64,000 nt of DNA, taken from NCBI GenBank assembly GCA_002633005.1, contig NMRA01000190.1, positions 434,001 to 498,000 on the forward strand, read 5' to 3'. Position 1 is the stretch's first letter. The number at the start of each line of letters is the position of its first letter. This document shows positions 50,663 to 63,337 of the stretch, in pieces. This DNA is from Phoronis australis (taxonomy: Eukaryota > Animalia > Phoronida). Made by a program: the position numbers and the translations under genes. Under the pieces are notes generated by a model. It saw only the letters and a program-made list of their open reading frames with translations, ran no database searches and was not told where the DNA came from.

Positions 50663-52308
50663 CCCCATATTAAAACAGCTAAAGGGAACTGAGACGTCAC
50701 TTGTGAATGACGCAGAATGGGCAAATTATGGAAGGGCGAGACAACCCTGTCAAAACTGATGTTTTTGACACTCTTCATTTTCAAGCACTTATTGTAACAA
50801 TTACAATACGAACGTACATTAACATACATAAACATGTACCAGCGTTACAATTGAACAAAGTTGTGCGGTAATTTCCTAATGTACCATTGATTTTATTGTT
50901 CATGATGCCTTGGTCACATATACTAAGTTGACATAACTGTGAAAAATGCTAAGAGCTTCACTGGCTAAAATTCTAACGAAAACGCTAGAGTTTTAGCCAC
51001 ACATCAGAGGCAAAGGGGTAATTTATACCAGCATTCAGTTTGTTTCGTCACCACCAATTCTATTCTATGCAAAAAGTTATACCAAAACACCTGCCATAAA
51101 TTGGTTAATATGACAATAAACAAAGGCACATGTGTCTACTTTGTAGTAAGCAGTCTAGCAAAAACACAAGCAGTTTTAGGTAACTCAAACCGCCAGCAAA
51201 TGTGATACTTGTAGCTGTTCACATTACTGGCATTTTTGCTACTAGCGAAAACGGTAGTGTTTCCCCGTTAGTTTTTGAAGAGATTACAAGCTTCTGAAAC
51301 CAAGGAAAAGGGTCATATGCGCACACAATCAGACGATTAGCGGGACAATATTGGGAGCGCCAGCCAGTAAACAGTATAAAAACTCATCAGACACAAGCAC
51401 TAAAGATCCCATGTAAAATCACTCAATCTTTCTGGTCATCGGGATAAAACCCAATTGGTGGGATCAGCACAATATCGAAGGATATGTGACCCTGGAATTA
51501 CTTGGCGATGCCCCTAGATGACCATCTCGGGGATGGGAATAATTTTTGGACATGGAAAAGTTTGAGACATATTTTCAGTGTTTGAGTGACCTCATTGATA
51601 ATTTGCACTCCTAGGTAGTGGGAAAATGAAATGTCCCATTACAAAAGTTTTCAAAAATATTATTACGAAATTAGTAAGAAATATTCACTTGTGAAAATTC
51701 GGCCTATTTTAGTGAGATAAAACACATCTAATTTTTTCAAACCAACTACCACTGAGTGAAATACACCTCTTCACCTCTGTTCTCTTTTCCAGCTGGAACA
51801 ATGCTTGTGTATGTCTGGATGCAAGCTTGTTAGCTCCAAGCCATTATTAGGCTTAATTCCCACAAGGCAGGTACTGTTACTAAAGTCTTAGAGGAATGGT
51901 TAGTTTTTGTTTCCTTTACAATAGTTCTATCCCAGGAGATCTCCCTTCCAAGAAACCTGGCTATCTATTACCGGGATCATGCATGGATAGGTAAAAATAT
52001 ATAAAAACAAAACATTATAAATGCATTAACATCAACCCTAGACCAGAGTCACTGCAGTTCAAAATGAAGCAATACATTACATCGATTATGTTGTAAATAA
52101 TCACTATCTGCTCATCAACCAAACTAATTTTGTGCCTGTCCTATAATAGATAGTGACCTACATAGACATTCAATACAATTTTGGTCGTGTTTTTTTTCAC
52201 CCAATACCAATACTGAATTCATTTTAGATATATTCTCAGCCATATGCAAATTGATACTGTCTGAGTAGTTCACCAGTGACTGATAAGGACCGCTGCTTTT
52301 GTCACATA

Positions 52309-52964
52309 CAGGGCCCTCATTCATCCAAGGGGAAAGGTGCCTGTGCTTTCTGAGGCAGGGATTTTCTCGGGTGAGGGGGAAATTCTACCTCCCGATCACA
52401 AGCAATAGCAGGCTCGCTCTGTTGCAAGCCCTCATAGGCTCTGTGTCAAGTAGCCGAAACTAACATTTTGTGCTCTTTCAAATTGTGGGTTACAAGTGAT
52501 TCGAATCTCGAGGGGAAATTTTCAATCATTTGAGGGGAATTTTTTGGCCTCGTGAGGAAAATTACGTACGAATTTTTCAATATTTTTCAGAGAGGAATAG
52601 AGGCGATATTCAGCCCCAAAATCGAGGGATGATGGCGCCAATTTAGTATAGCATAATTTCACCAACTTAGCACACTGCATATAGGAGGAGAGAAGTTATA
52701 TTTTCTCATTTTTCTCAAGACATGAAATACCAAATTAGTGCTTGCCATATTCAAGTTCTGTACAATACCCACTAGCAAGCCCATATTTTTAAAACAGTGC
52801 AGGCACTCAGGCCTAGGGGCCTCAATTTCGGGGCCAAATATAAAATCGCACAAAGTTCCCTCAAGGTTAGAATTACTTCCGGAAAACACTAGTTTTAAAT
52901 GAGGAGGGGAGGGCGCCAGTTCCCTCAACCTAACAAATTCAGTCTCAGATGAGTGAGGGCCCTG
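52309..52964. mobile_element. MITE with 17 bp TIRs (cagggccctcattcatc / gatgagtgagggccctg)
   Basis: 16/17 TIR match; no clear TSD. Confidence 0.65.
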
Positions 52965-55900
52965 ACATTCACAACAGCAAAAGCTTCAGTGACTGTGATA
53001 TTTGGTTTCTGATCAGGCATTGCACCCAAACTTTTTCATCTCTTGTGCAGAATACACTTTTCCATATTTACATGCAAACACCTAGGATGGGTGTCAAATT
53101 TGACTAGTACCAACCCATTTATGTAATCAAGAAGGAATCAAACGGGCTCTACAGTTGTATTAAAACTGTGAGACTCACACTTGTACACAATGTTATATGT
53201 TCCACTCTAGAGACAATTAATATTGGTAATAAAGTAAGTACTTCATAACAGTCAATACAATGCAACACAGCAGCAATTATAGTGAACCAGGGTTTTATGC
53301 CCACTCATTATAATGCTCCCAAGCCAACTGCACTGTTTACAAATAACCCTTTTCTGATGTTGCCGCTACGTCCTGGAATTTGCTATGTGGTTAGACAGAG
53401 ATGGAATATTTAATGCACAAATGCGCAACACAGATTCAACAATTTACATATACCAACTTGAATTTGTCTAGAGATTTTAAAAATTTTTGCATCAGATCAA
53501 CCAACACCTGATATGACAGGCAATAAAACAGGTCTGAATGGGAACCAAAAATCATCTTAGTCAAAATAATCTTGCCAAGGCACCACATTGGAATAAATTT
53601 GTCAAGTCAAGTCATGATTATACAATGGTTGCTTTACGTTGCCTTCCTTGTAGTAACTTAAACTAACCTACATTTTCTACCAACAAACAGACCTTATACG
53701 AACACCCCGTGCCGTTCTTTGTAACGCGATTCAACTAGTTTCAGTTACAGTGACTTCATAACTCCATTCATGTCAACGAGATAAAAACCAAAACCTAAGA
53801 TTATCCGGAAAAAGTACACCTACAAAAAGTAATGACGGCGGTAAACTAGTGCCATAATAGTCGCTCATATTTACTAAACTTGGAGCCGAGACCCAATTCC
53901 CTCAACAGGGTATGATGACCACAGACACAACAAAGACATATGACGTGAGTATTACTCATTAACAGTGACGTTGATACAACCATGCACACATGCATGTGTG
54001 TGAGTGTGTGCAAGGAACGCATGTTGAACGTTTCATTGATTTTTCAGGTAATTTGACTAGCCATAATCACTATTCTAGATGAAAAACATCTAGGCCCAGC
54101 AAATAGGCGGAGAGTAATCATCCAACTATAATTTAGTAAACAAGGCGCATCTCCCAACTCATTTGGCCTGAAGAAAACCACGACATGATCCCCATAGAAA
54201 ACCTGACCATATTTCCCAAAATATGCTAAAAACAGAAGCCCATACTATCAGGCCCAAGTTGAACTAGAACCAAAGAAATGTGTTCTGCAAAGCAAGAAAC
54301 ACAAGATCAAGTAAGGCAATGCAAAATCACACAAGGGAATGATGAGTGTTTTGGGGGTAAGCCTAGCCACTAATATACACCAGCGAAGTGGACGCCATTC
54401 AAATGACTGGCCGCTGAGACTGGAATATTGCATTGTACAAGTAAACTGTACGTAAAAAGACTATTTCTGTTCCATAAACCAAGATTTCTCGTCGCCAGTG
54501 TCTTGGTATTGCCTTGTGTTTAAAGAACGCACCCCCCCCCAGTATTTTTTTTTGAGAAATGAGCAACTTAAGTGGACTTTAAAGGATAACAAGATCAAGG
54601 CCCACTCGTTAACAATTATGGCCACTGAGGCTTCAAAATGTCTAGAAACAAACTTAAAGGCAAAAACTTGCGATAAAAATTCCAGTGAAACAGCACATTA
54701 TATAAAACAAAGACAACTTTCAGTTTTCACACCACCATTATAGAGAGTGAAGGGGGGTTTGCATCATTTTCACTACCCAGTCTTGTTGGTCAGTAATGTA
54801 TTTTTGTGAACCATAAGCTCAACCAGTCATGCTCAGGTTATGAGTTCTAATAGTAACATCACTGTTTGATGTGTCTTAACCAACTGTCTTGGGTTGACTT
54901 CCAGGTTAAAGAGAACAAGTTTCCATGCAAACACCCTACACTAAAACATATGCATTACCATACAGATCCCAGATACAGGTAATTCGCACATAAGAGATGA
55001 CCAAAAATGTCACTTATCTTAATTACTACTGCCTTACATAAGGTATTCCAATTTTGACTTAAAAACGCTGCAATGTTTCACCTATTAGCCTACAATGCGG
55101 CAGAAAAGTGATTTTTTTGTCAATTTATTCACAAAACCAAATAAGGAAACTGTGGTCTTTGTTAGCTTAGTTAGTACTAAGTAGGTATCATGAAACAGTA
55201 TTGGTAAAGCTCTCGTTATTCCCCTACAATTGTGGCAATTATTTTCAAGCTGAAACTAGAGAAGAATTTCAACATTGTGAACTGTTCCTGTACGTACAAA
55301 CTAGGCCAGGAATGAAGTAGAATTTTGTTAATGCTTATATTATTGTACATGCGCATTAAGACCGACAAATAATGCAAATATTATGCTTGAACGCACATTT
55401 GTCAGAAGAAATAACCTACGATCTGAAACACTACGATTGTAATTAAACTGCTCAACTTTGGAACAGGATAAGAGCGAAAAAATGATGACTTATCCAAATG
55501 AAGGGTGATGTGTTAGAATGGACATGCACTCAGCGCCGGAGGGGGGGTCTAATCTTAGTACTCAAAATAGAACACAAATTATTTTGGCATTTTCTATTCT
55601 ACTCAAGAGTCGAGTCAAGAGTCTATTATTTTATGCTCCAGTACATAGTGACTTGAGTGGAATGCTGTCTAATCCTGGTTTGCACTTGATGACCCAGTAT
55701 TAAGGCTAAAACTTCGAGTCTGAAATGTTGAGTTTTTGCTAGAGTTTGTAGATTGAATCAAGGGGCCGTCAAGTGCAAACTTTGACTAGGAACTAATACT
55801 CATACACCATAATGTACTCGAGCACAGACTAACAGACACATATCTAGAGTTCTCACAAAAGTAGAAAAGGAAATGCCAAAAATAAAAGTGGGTACAAAGA

Positions 55901-56322
55901 TTAGACCCCAGGCCCAAAACTGAAGAAAATTTGAGGATGAGTTATGCATGACAAGTTATTATGAGGCAGTGTGGATTGCATTCTAATCTCTAGATCAACT
56001 TCTGGGTTAGGAATACCTAACTCCTCAAGCAAATGAACCCACATCACCAGTATGCCATTGTCAATAAAATTGTCACAATCCATCATGGTCCATCTTAATT
56101 AAATAACTTCAATATGAACACCTTCCAATTACATTTATGTTGAGAGCGAACAGCATTAAACAAAAGACAGAAAAATGCTACATTCATTCTCAAAACAAAT
56201 ATGCGCTGAGTGCAAGTGCACTGAACAATAATGAAGGTAGCGACAGACAGTTCTTTCTTAACATTTTGCGAGACAATGTGGTCACAAGGAAAAATATACG
56301 AAGTTAATAACATTATGTAAAC

Positions 56323-56510
56323 AGGGAGACTGGGGCTAGAAGGAGGTAGAGGGGGGAGGAGAGGGAGGCAGGGAGGAGGGCAGGGAGAGAGTAGGCACAG
56401 ACAGCGATCAGGAGGCTGGGGAGGCAGGGTGGGAAGAGGGAGGGTAGGAGGATGGGGCTAGAAAGAGGGAGGCAGGAACTTACAGAGGGGAAGTAAGGTG
56501 TGGAGGGATG
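56323..56510 (+). repeat. Purine (G/A)-rich low-complexity tract
   Basis: Many GGG/GGA runs; tggggctagaa occurs twice. Confidence 0.8.
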
Positions 56511-57296
56511 GATTACAGGAAGCAAAACGTCCTTCCTACTAAGATACCAAGTTCTCACGAGTGGCAAAAATGCCAGAATATCATTGGCAAGAACACAATT
56601 GGTGTTTTCATTTTTAGCACAAAACTAATCCTACACCGATTGTTACGAACAAAAAGAAAACTGTGTGGTACAAACGATGCTGAGCTTCATTGAAGAATTT
56701 CATGTCTTGTGATAACATGAAATTCTGCTAACCCATCACATGGTATACTGTATACGAAAAGAATTACTGAAGACCAGAATGGGGATGGACAGTTCTTTTG
56801 CATTTAATCAATGGAAAAACCCTCAAAAACAAAGTCAATGCATGTCTAAAAAACTAAGAAGAATACCTACCTCATTATTATGTAGGCGCAGTAACATGGT
56901 ATCAGCCAACTCTGGTGGATTACAATTCCAGGGTTCCAAGAGGAAGTACGTCTTGACAGCAACAGTGATCTATTGTGAGTTCGTTCATATTTCCATTATC
57001 CCATATTGCGCAGGTGATGCGGCACTGTCAACAAGCAACTGACAACGAGAGTTCTTAACCAAATGAGAGCAACCTTTTGACGTCCAGTACTCCAGTACAA
57101 GCGCCACAAGACAGTTTCTGAATTCATCAGACAGTCCACTATAATTGCCAGAGGATACAAATATGAAGGCAGGAGCCAACAGTGCAAACTTTCAGCTATG
57201 TTCCTAAGCTACATATTTTGCTTGTGTGACCACCTAAGTGCTGCAGCCATGACCCGAGGTTCACTGCTCGTGAGCATCAAATGATTCACCCATTAC

Positions 57297-57822
57297 CAGT
57301 GTTCTCCACACCAGAAAACTCAAACTCGATGGGAATTACAAAATACGTGAGCACTTTCAAAAGCATGTGTCCGTATGAGAGCTTGTACGATAAAATCTCA
57401 CCAATTTAGGACACAATATGGCAGACAAGTGAATTTCCTTTTTTTCATACAAAAGTAGCACCACATATGCTTTGTCATCTTTCAAGTACTCAACCACAGC
57501 TACCAAAAGACACTGTTTTGAGCAATTGTAGCCACTCACAACCCTGTTAAGAAGCCTTCGGGAAATGGAGATCAAATTTGACAATCAATTTTCCCAGAAA
57601 TTAGTCAGATTTTACCGTACATTAAGTCTTGGAACAAATGCATCGGACTGGTGCCAAAAGGTCCAAAATATCCTAACTTCCTTAAGAAATAATTTGTCTG
57701 AGTTCATAAAGTTCAAATTTGTTGCATAGATTTTCAATGCAGGTGAGCCAAACTCGTCAAAGTGGAATTCAAACTCACTATGGTGGCGACTGGTGAGTCA
57801 AAATAGGTTGTGGAGAACACTG
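57297..57822. mobile_element. MITE with perfect 14 bp TIRs (cagtgttctccaca / tgtggagaacactg), hAT-like termini
   Basis: TIRs seen directly; TSD not recognisable. Confidence 0.65.
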
Positions 57823-59201
57823 AATTGAGTTACATGGTATAGAATATATGTCACCATACCGGAGATGGAATACACCATTCACGAATTGAAACCTTAGGAC
57901 TTGCGCTACTGAAAGAGATTTACCTTACAATATATCAGATACCCTCATGGAAACTTAACAATCAAATTTAGTGGTAACCTTTAAGGTTTCACATCAAGAA
58001 AACTCAGCAGATTCCATAAGAAGAAAAGGTCAGTTTTACATCACCACGGAAATGACCTTCACTAATTAGTGACAGATTGAACATGCTGTCTTACTGCAGT
58101 GTTGAAATTAAGATTAGCCTTGCCAAACTAATGAGCTCATTGGAGCCATTGCCCACACCATTAAACTTGTTATGTGAGTCAACATAATAATTAAAGCAAT
58201 ATTAAACGTGCATTTTTTGTCAAAAAAGTTTTGATTAAGGTCTCAAATTGAGCAATCGAAACTTACTTTTTTGGCAGAACAGACAAGTTTAAGGTCACTT
58301 TAAGATGAAAATCATTACCGTTAATATTTGCTGCACAGATTAACTGGGAATCTTTAAGTTTTCCATGGAACCAGTGAGCATTATAAGAAGTGAATGTGGT
58401 GATGCAGAGACTGACCCACTGGGATTGCAGGCAGAGTGGAAAATACCTCATTAGCCAAACTGAAACAGCTGATCCCTGCAGTATCTGACTCAATCAATGA
58501 TTGCAGCTTGTTTCAGAACTGTAATAACTATGATGTATGCATGGGGTATTCTCCCAGTATTGATCATGACTTAACATAGTCAATATTTACTATTCAGTTC
58601 AAATTAAGTTCTCTCAGAAAATGCGCATTACGACCACTTCTGCTCAGTCAAATTCCGCTTGTGACTTCTTTCACACAACACGTGGTGGACCAAGAATCAG
58701 GCAACCTCGCAGAGGGTCAGAGCTAACGGCAGTTTGTTGCAACAATTAGGAGATTCGTCAGCTGTGACAACATCTCTTTTTGAACAAAAACAGAAATTTA
58801 AACCATGCCAGTTATGTCAAGGCTAGGGTCAAGGCCAAGGTCAATGCCACACAACATTTATATCAACAAATGCCTCCTCATACAGGAACATATATAGCAC
58901 AAGGACTAGATACATACAAGCACAGATTAGAGTTCTTTCAAGTACTTAAAAACATTGACGTACTAAAACAAGATGTGAAGTGCGTAAGCACAATCCAGGT
59001 CTCAAATATTGAAACCCTTGTGGTCTTTAAAATTATTAAAAATATCCAGATCACACGGAACAGAGGAGACATTATGAAACAATCTTAGATAGCCTTGATG
59101 ATTGCTGTACCTTACAATGCTAATCAATACTTTATGAGCCTAATTAACAAAACTAACATAAATGGAAGTCAAGATGATTATTCCATGGACAGTAGTCAAT
59201 C

Positions 59202-60731
59202 TCATACATCTGTTTCCAGGCTGTTGTTTGATGGATTGTTCGCTTTAAACGAGTGATTAGCTTTGATTCGGTTCTCATCCCCCATCAAGTTTATTCGTTC
59301 CTCCATCACCATAATATCCGAACCGGCTTCGCTAGGTTCCGCTGACCCGTTTTTGCTGCGCGTAAAGTTTGGGCATGTCTGCACATGCACATATGAATTC
59401 TTGTCTTCGTTGTCAGTTTCTCGATGGTAAAAGTAATTGAAATTCGACACGATAACGGGCACAGGAAGAGCAATTGTTAACACACCCGCTATTGCACACA
59501 GGCTACCCACCAATTTACCCCATACGGACACGGGTCTCATGTCTCCATAGCCCACCGTTGTCATGGTGACGACAGCCCACCAAAATGCGTCTGGGATACT
59601 CTTGAAACACGAATCCGCCGAATCGACTTCAGCAAAGTACACAGCACTTGAGAAGAGTATGACACCAATGAGAAGAAAAAACATGAGTAAGCCGAGTTCT
59701 CGCATACTGGCTTTGAGCGTCTGTCCCAGAATTTGGAGCCCTTTAGAATGTCTTGATAACTTGAAGATACGGAATACCCTAACAAGACGTATTACTCTGA
59801 GAATAGCCAGTGACATGGCCTGATTATTACTTTTTTGTTCATCATGGACAACTGTGCCGAGTGTGATGAAATACGGAATGATGGCAACAATATCTATCAG
59901 GTTCATCATGTTCTTGAAAAATCCCAATTTCTCAGGAGAGGAAGCAAAACGCACTAGAAGCTCAAATGTGAACCACACAATACATCCAGTTTCTATTATG
60001 AAGAATGGTTCACTAAATTTTGGTATATCGTCCTCTCTAATTGACTCACCAGTTACATTGCTTGTATTAGCGTCCACACGGTAGTGCTTGAACTGTGGTA
60101 GGGTCTCTAAACAGAATATCACTATTGACAGTAAGATTATGCACACTGAGAATATAGCTACTACTCGTGCCGGCATAGAACTTTCAGGATACTCAAACAA
60201 GAGCCACACTCGCCTCTGAAATTCATTGATTGGCAATATTTTTTCTTCTTCTCGTATAAAACCTTCGTCTTCCCTGAACTTTTCCACTGCATCTTCACCA
60301 AGTTCATAAAACTTGATCTCTTCCGAGAACACATCCAGGGGAACATTAACTGGCCTTCGTAATCGACCACCACTTTGATAATAGTACAGTATTGCATCAA
60401 AACTTGGTCTATTTCTGTCAAAAAAGTATTCGTTCCGAAGAGGATCATAGTAGCGATTTCTTTTAATGGGATCACCCAGCAGCGTTTCAGGGAACTGATT
60501 TAGTGTTTTCAACTGAGTTTCATACCTCATTCCGCTGACATTTATGACAACTCTTTCGCAGCATTCATACTCATTCGTCCCTTCTTCGACGGGTTCCCTT
60601 GGTCGGTCATCCTCCACAGTGATCCTCGGGAAAGACCTGGAATTTGGTAAATTACTACTTCTGAGTAATCTTTGAGACACATAGGGTGGTGGTCCACCAT
60701 TACCCTCCAGACCTGCCATAGCTGCCTCCAT
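59202..60731 (-). CDS. Sh: Shaker-family voltage-gated potassium channel (Kv1), 509 aa, intronless CDS
   Basis: T1 domain (ERVVINVSG...[10 protein letters not shown]), S4 [17 protein letters not shown], pore [12 protein letters not shown] gate and C-terminal ETDV. The start is placed at [13 protein letters not shown], matching the Aplysia AKv1 N-terminus MEVAMAGIEGNGG. Confidence 0.97.
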   Translation of the reverse strand: MEAAMAGLEGNGGPPPYVSQRLLRSSNLPNSRSFPRITVEDDRPREPVEEGTNEYECCERVVINVSGMRYETQLKTLNQFPETLLGDPIKRNRYYDPLRNEYFFDRNRPSFDAILYYYQSGGRLRRPVNVPLDVFSEEIKFYELGEDAVEKFREDEGFIREEEKILPINEFQRRVWLLFEYPESSMPARVVAIFSVCIILLSIVIFCLETLPQFKHYRVDANTSNVTGESIREDDIPKFSEPFFIIETGCIVWFTFELLVRFASSPEKLGFFKNMMNLIDIVAIIPYFITLGTVVHDEQKSNNQAMSLAILRVIRLVRVFRIFKLSRHSKGLQILGQTLKASMRELGLLMFFLLIGVILFSSAVYFAEVDSADSCFKSIPDAFWWAVVTMTTVGYGDMRPVSVWGKLVGSLCAIAGVLTIALPVPVIVSNFNYFYHRETDNEDKNSYVHVQTCPNFTRSKNGSAEPSEAGSDIMVMEERINLMGDENRIKANHSFKANNPSNNSLETDV

Positions 60732-61265
60732 GTCTGTGGGTTTCGAGTGCGGTCGAAGAACGGGGGTAAACCCCCACTTCTCAATAAAATCTAATTTGCT
60801 TGTAATTTTGATAAAATTTTGCGGAGAAATTGTGGTCGAAATATGTTTGCAATTTTCCAGAACAGTCGATAACAAGCTTGGTTAGCGTTACGACCACAGG
60901 AAATCATGAGAAAAATGCTTTTAAGCTATCCCCCTTTCGTCACATTCTAAGCCATAATGTTTCTGCAGAAAATCGATTGATATTCCTAGTAGAACCTCCA
61001 TATTCGTTCTGCTAGCTACCATTGAGAAGTGAGCGTACGAATATTTTGAGAATAGTTCTTATAAGACAACGTTAATGATTGGTTGCTTATGGAAATGGAC
61101 TCAAATGAATTTGTCATGTCTATTTCCAAAATTACAGAAATTTTCTGAAAAAGAGTTTAAAGGTGATTTTAAAAATTCTTAATTATTATCTTTTAAGTAC
61201 GATTTTATCAATTAATCAATGTTTTCACATTGAATGGTTCAGTGCAACATACAACTAATTAAGAT

Positions 61266-61276
61266 ATTGGCCAATC
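61266..61276. promoter_or_regulatory. Palindromic back-to-back CCAAT boxes (ATTGGCCAAT) between divergent genes
   Basis: Motif match only; it lies midway between the Kv1 and SNRNP70 start codons. Confidence 0.35.
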
Positions 61277-61794
61277 ACAAGCGAGCTCAGATGTAATGGT
61301 TGAGCACCTGCACATAAAATAGATCGGCTGCGAGTCGGTTGCCGAACGTTGTTCACTGCAGCCAGGAAATTATGAATTGTTCGTGTAATAAACAATAAAT
61401 TCCTAAAATTATGAAATTAATTCAGTTTCTGGTTATCAATAAAATAAATGCTATACAATTATGTGCCTGGGTGGTGTCCAGTCAACGACTAATTCATTTT
61501 CTTTTTAACCTTTCCAAGAGCGTAGGAACACATTTACCTTGTTCAAGAATGTAACTCAATGCTTTCACACACTTGCTCTGCAGTAAACGGGAAGGCAGGA
61601 TTGGCAATCAAAGGGACGTGGTAAACCATTGATGTTGGAGGAGCACGTTGCAGGTTGGTGATATGAGTAATTCGTTTTCAAACGTAGTATCGTAGTTTCA
61701 GTAACTGTTGTCTGTTTTTAATGAGTGACGCATTTTGTATTTCAGGTCTAAGAACAGCATCCAAGAGATAAACGGAAAGCCTACACAGGGTGAA

Positions 61795-61935
61795 ATGACC
61801 GCGTTTCTACCCCCGAATTTGTTGGCTTTATTCGCCCCGAGGGACCCAATCCCTTATTTGCCTCCACCAAAATTACCCCACGAGAAAAAGAGGGTACCGT
61901 ACAATGGTGTAGCAGCATTTCTAAAAGAATTCGAG
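61795..61935 (+). CDS. SNRNP70: U1 small nuclear ribonucleoprotein 70 kDa, first coding exon (3'-partial); exon probably starts at 61746
   Basis: [32 protein letters not shown]...FLKEFE is the conserved U1-70K N-terminus. It has a strong donor GAG|gtaagc and an upstream acceptor ttttgtatttcag|. No further exons were found in the remaining 2 kb. Confidence 0.9.
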
Positions 61936-62467
61936 GTAAGCGTTAAAACGACCTATAACACCAAAGAAGATAAACAAAGAACTACCTAAAGTTGATCACT
62001 TACAATCCATCTAAAATTGTCGAAACAATTGTTGCCATTCTTACTTCCCTCTTCAGCCACTAGAATAACCTTTCAACTGTTTCCTCATGAATGGTGTGTT
62101 AGCACTCCCTTTTAAGTTATAATCCATCCATTTCTGAACAGTGTTTCCATGCATCGAAATCCACAATGCTTTCCTGATAATCCATCTATGAAGAATCAGC
62201 CTGGCCAGGTAAAGTGTTAGAGATATGACTAGTAGATGTGGGACTGTCAACGCCTGACTCTTGAATTAGTAAAGCCACTATGAATTATTAATGATTTCCC
62301 TTCGCAATTGCTAGCACAACGCAGCATTGTCCATGAAGAATTGATTAAAGCGCACAATAGAAATATTTTCTCGGCAATTGTTTCTAACCTGTCTTGAAAT
62401 CAATAACCACTCTATCCAAACAGCAAACTAGCAAAGTAAAACTTAGAGCGTCTTTCACTGGAAGCCG

Positions 62468-62541
62468 GTGCTTGTGATACCAGTCCGGGTCACAGCTACC
62501 ATCCAGTGCTTGTGATACTAGTCCGGGTCACAGCTAGCATC
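62468..62541. repeat. 38 bp tandem duplication
   Basis: gtgcttgtgatac.agtccgggtcacagcta.catc occurs twice. Confidence 0.85.
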
Positions 62542-63337
62542 AGAGAACCGTTGTTAATTGCTTACGGCACATTCAGCAACCATCTCCGTGTGTAATGAGA
62601 TCGTGAAAGTAATCCTTAATCGCTGAGCATTTGTGGGTTTAAAGTAAATCGTTTGCAGCACACACCTATTGATTGGATCGTTTTATGTCCTAAACAATGA
62701 ACACACGCAGAACTGTTTACTAAGCCAGATGTACATTGTATAGGATGCACATTGGTTTGTTTAACAGTTCAAATTTTGTTATGAAACATTTAGTTACAGG
62801 TACTATTTACTTTATGACATGGGTAAGCTTTGTTGCCTGTTAACGGCTAAATTAACTCTTACAGAGTTCAAAATAACAAAGTTTACAATGCAGTATTTTC
62901 TCCTCACATATACTTTTATTCTGCAGCTCCTTAAATGGAGAAAAGCAGTCGAGAACAAATGTTGACTTTATGTAGTTTTACCAATGTTTAGTAAATCTTG
63001 TATTTTATGTCCACCACAATATAGAACGTGAACTTTAATCACACAATTGTGTTTTTGCTTCTAACTTATGAAACTTGAAGCTTAAAGAAGATGCTGAAAG
63101 TGGTTTAATTGTTTAAAACATGCTTAAGGTTATGTATGGCCCTAGTAAATTGTCCAACATTGGCAAATTGTGCAACATCATATCTCAGAAATGGCTGATC
63201 AGATTCATATGAACATTTCCAATGCTATTCTTTGTGCACAGTTTGCCAAAACACTGTTCGGGGTTGCCTTTAAAATGTTCGTATGTTGTAAGAAGGTCTT
63301 AAAATTTCCAGAAAAAATGTTAAAAGTTGCATAACAT

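Noticed and set aside
60732-60875. ORF-track N-terminal 48 aa of Kv1 (TTG start)
   Set aside because: Non-ATG start in a eukaryote; homology to Aplysia AKv1 begins at the ATG at 60731.
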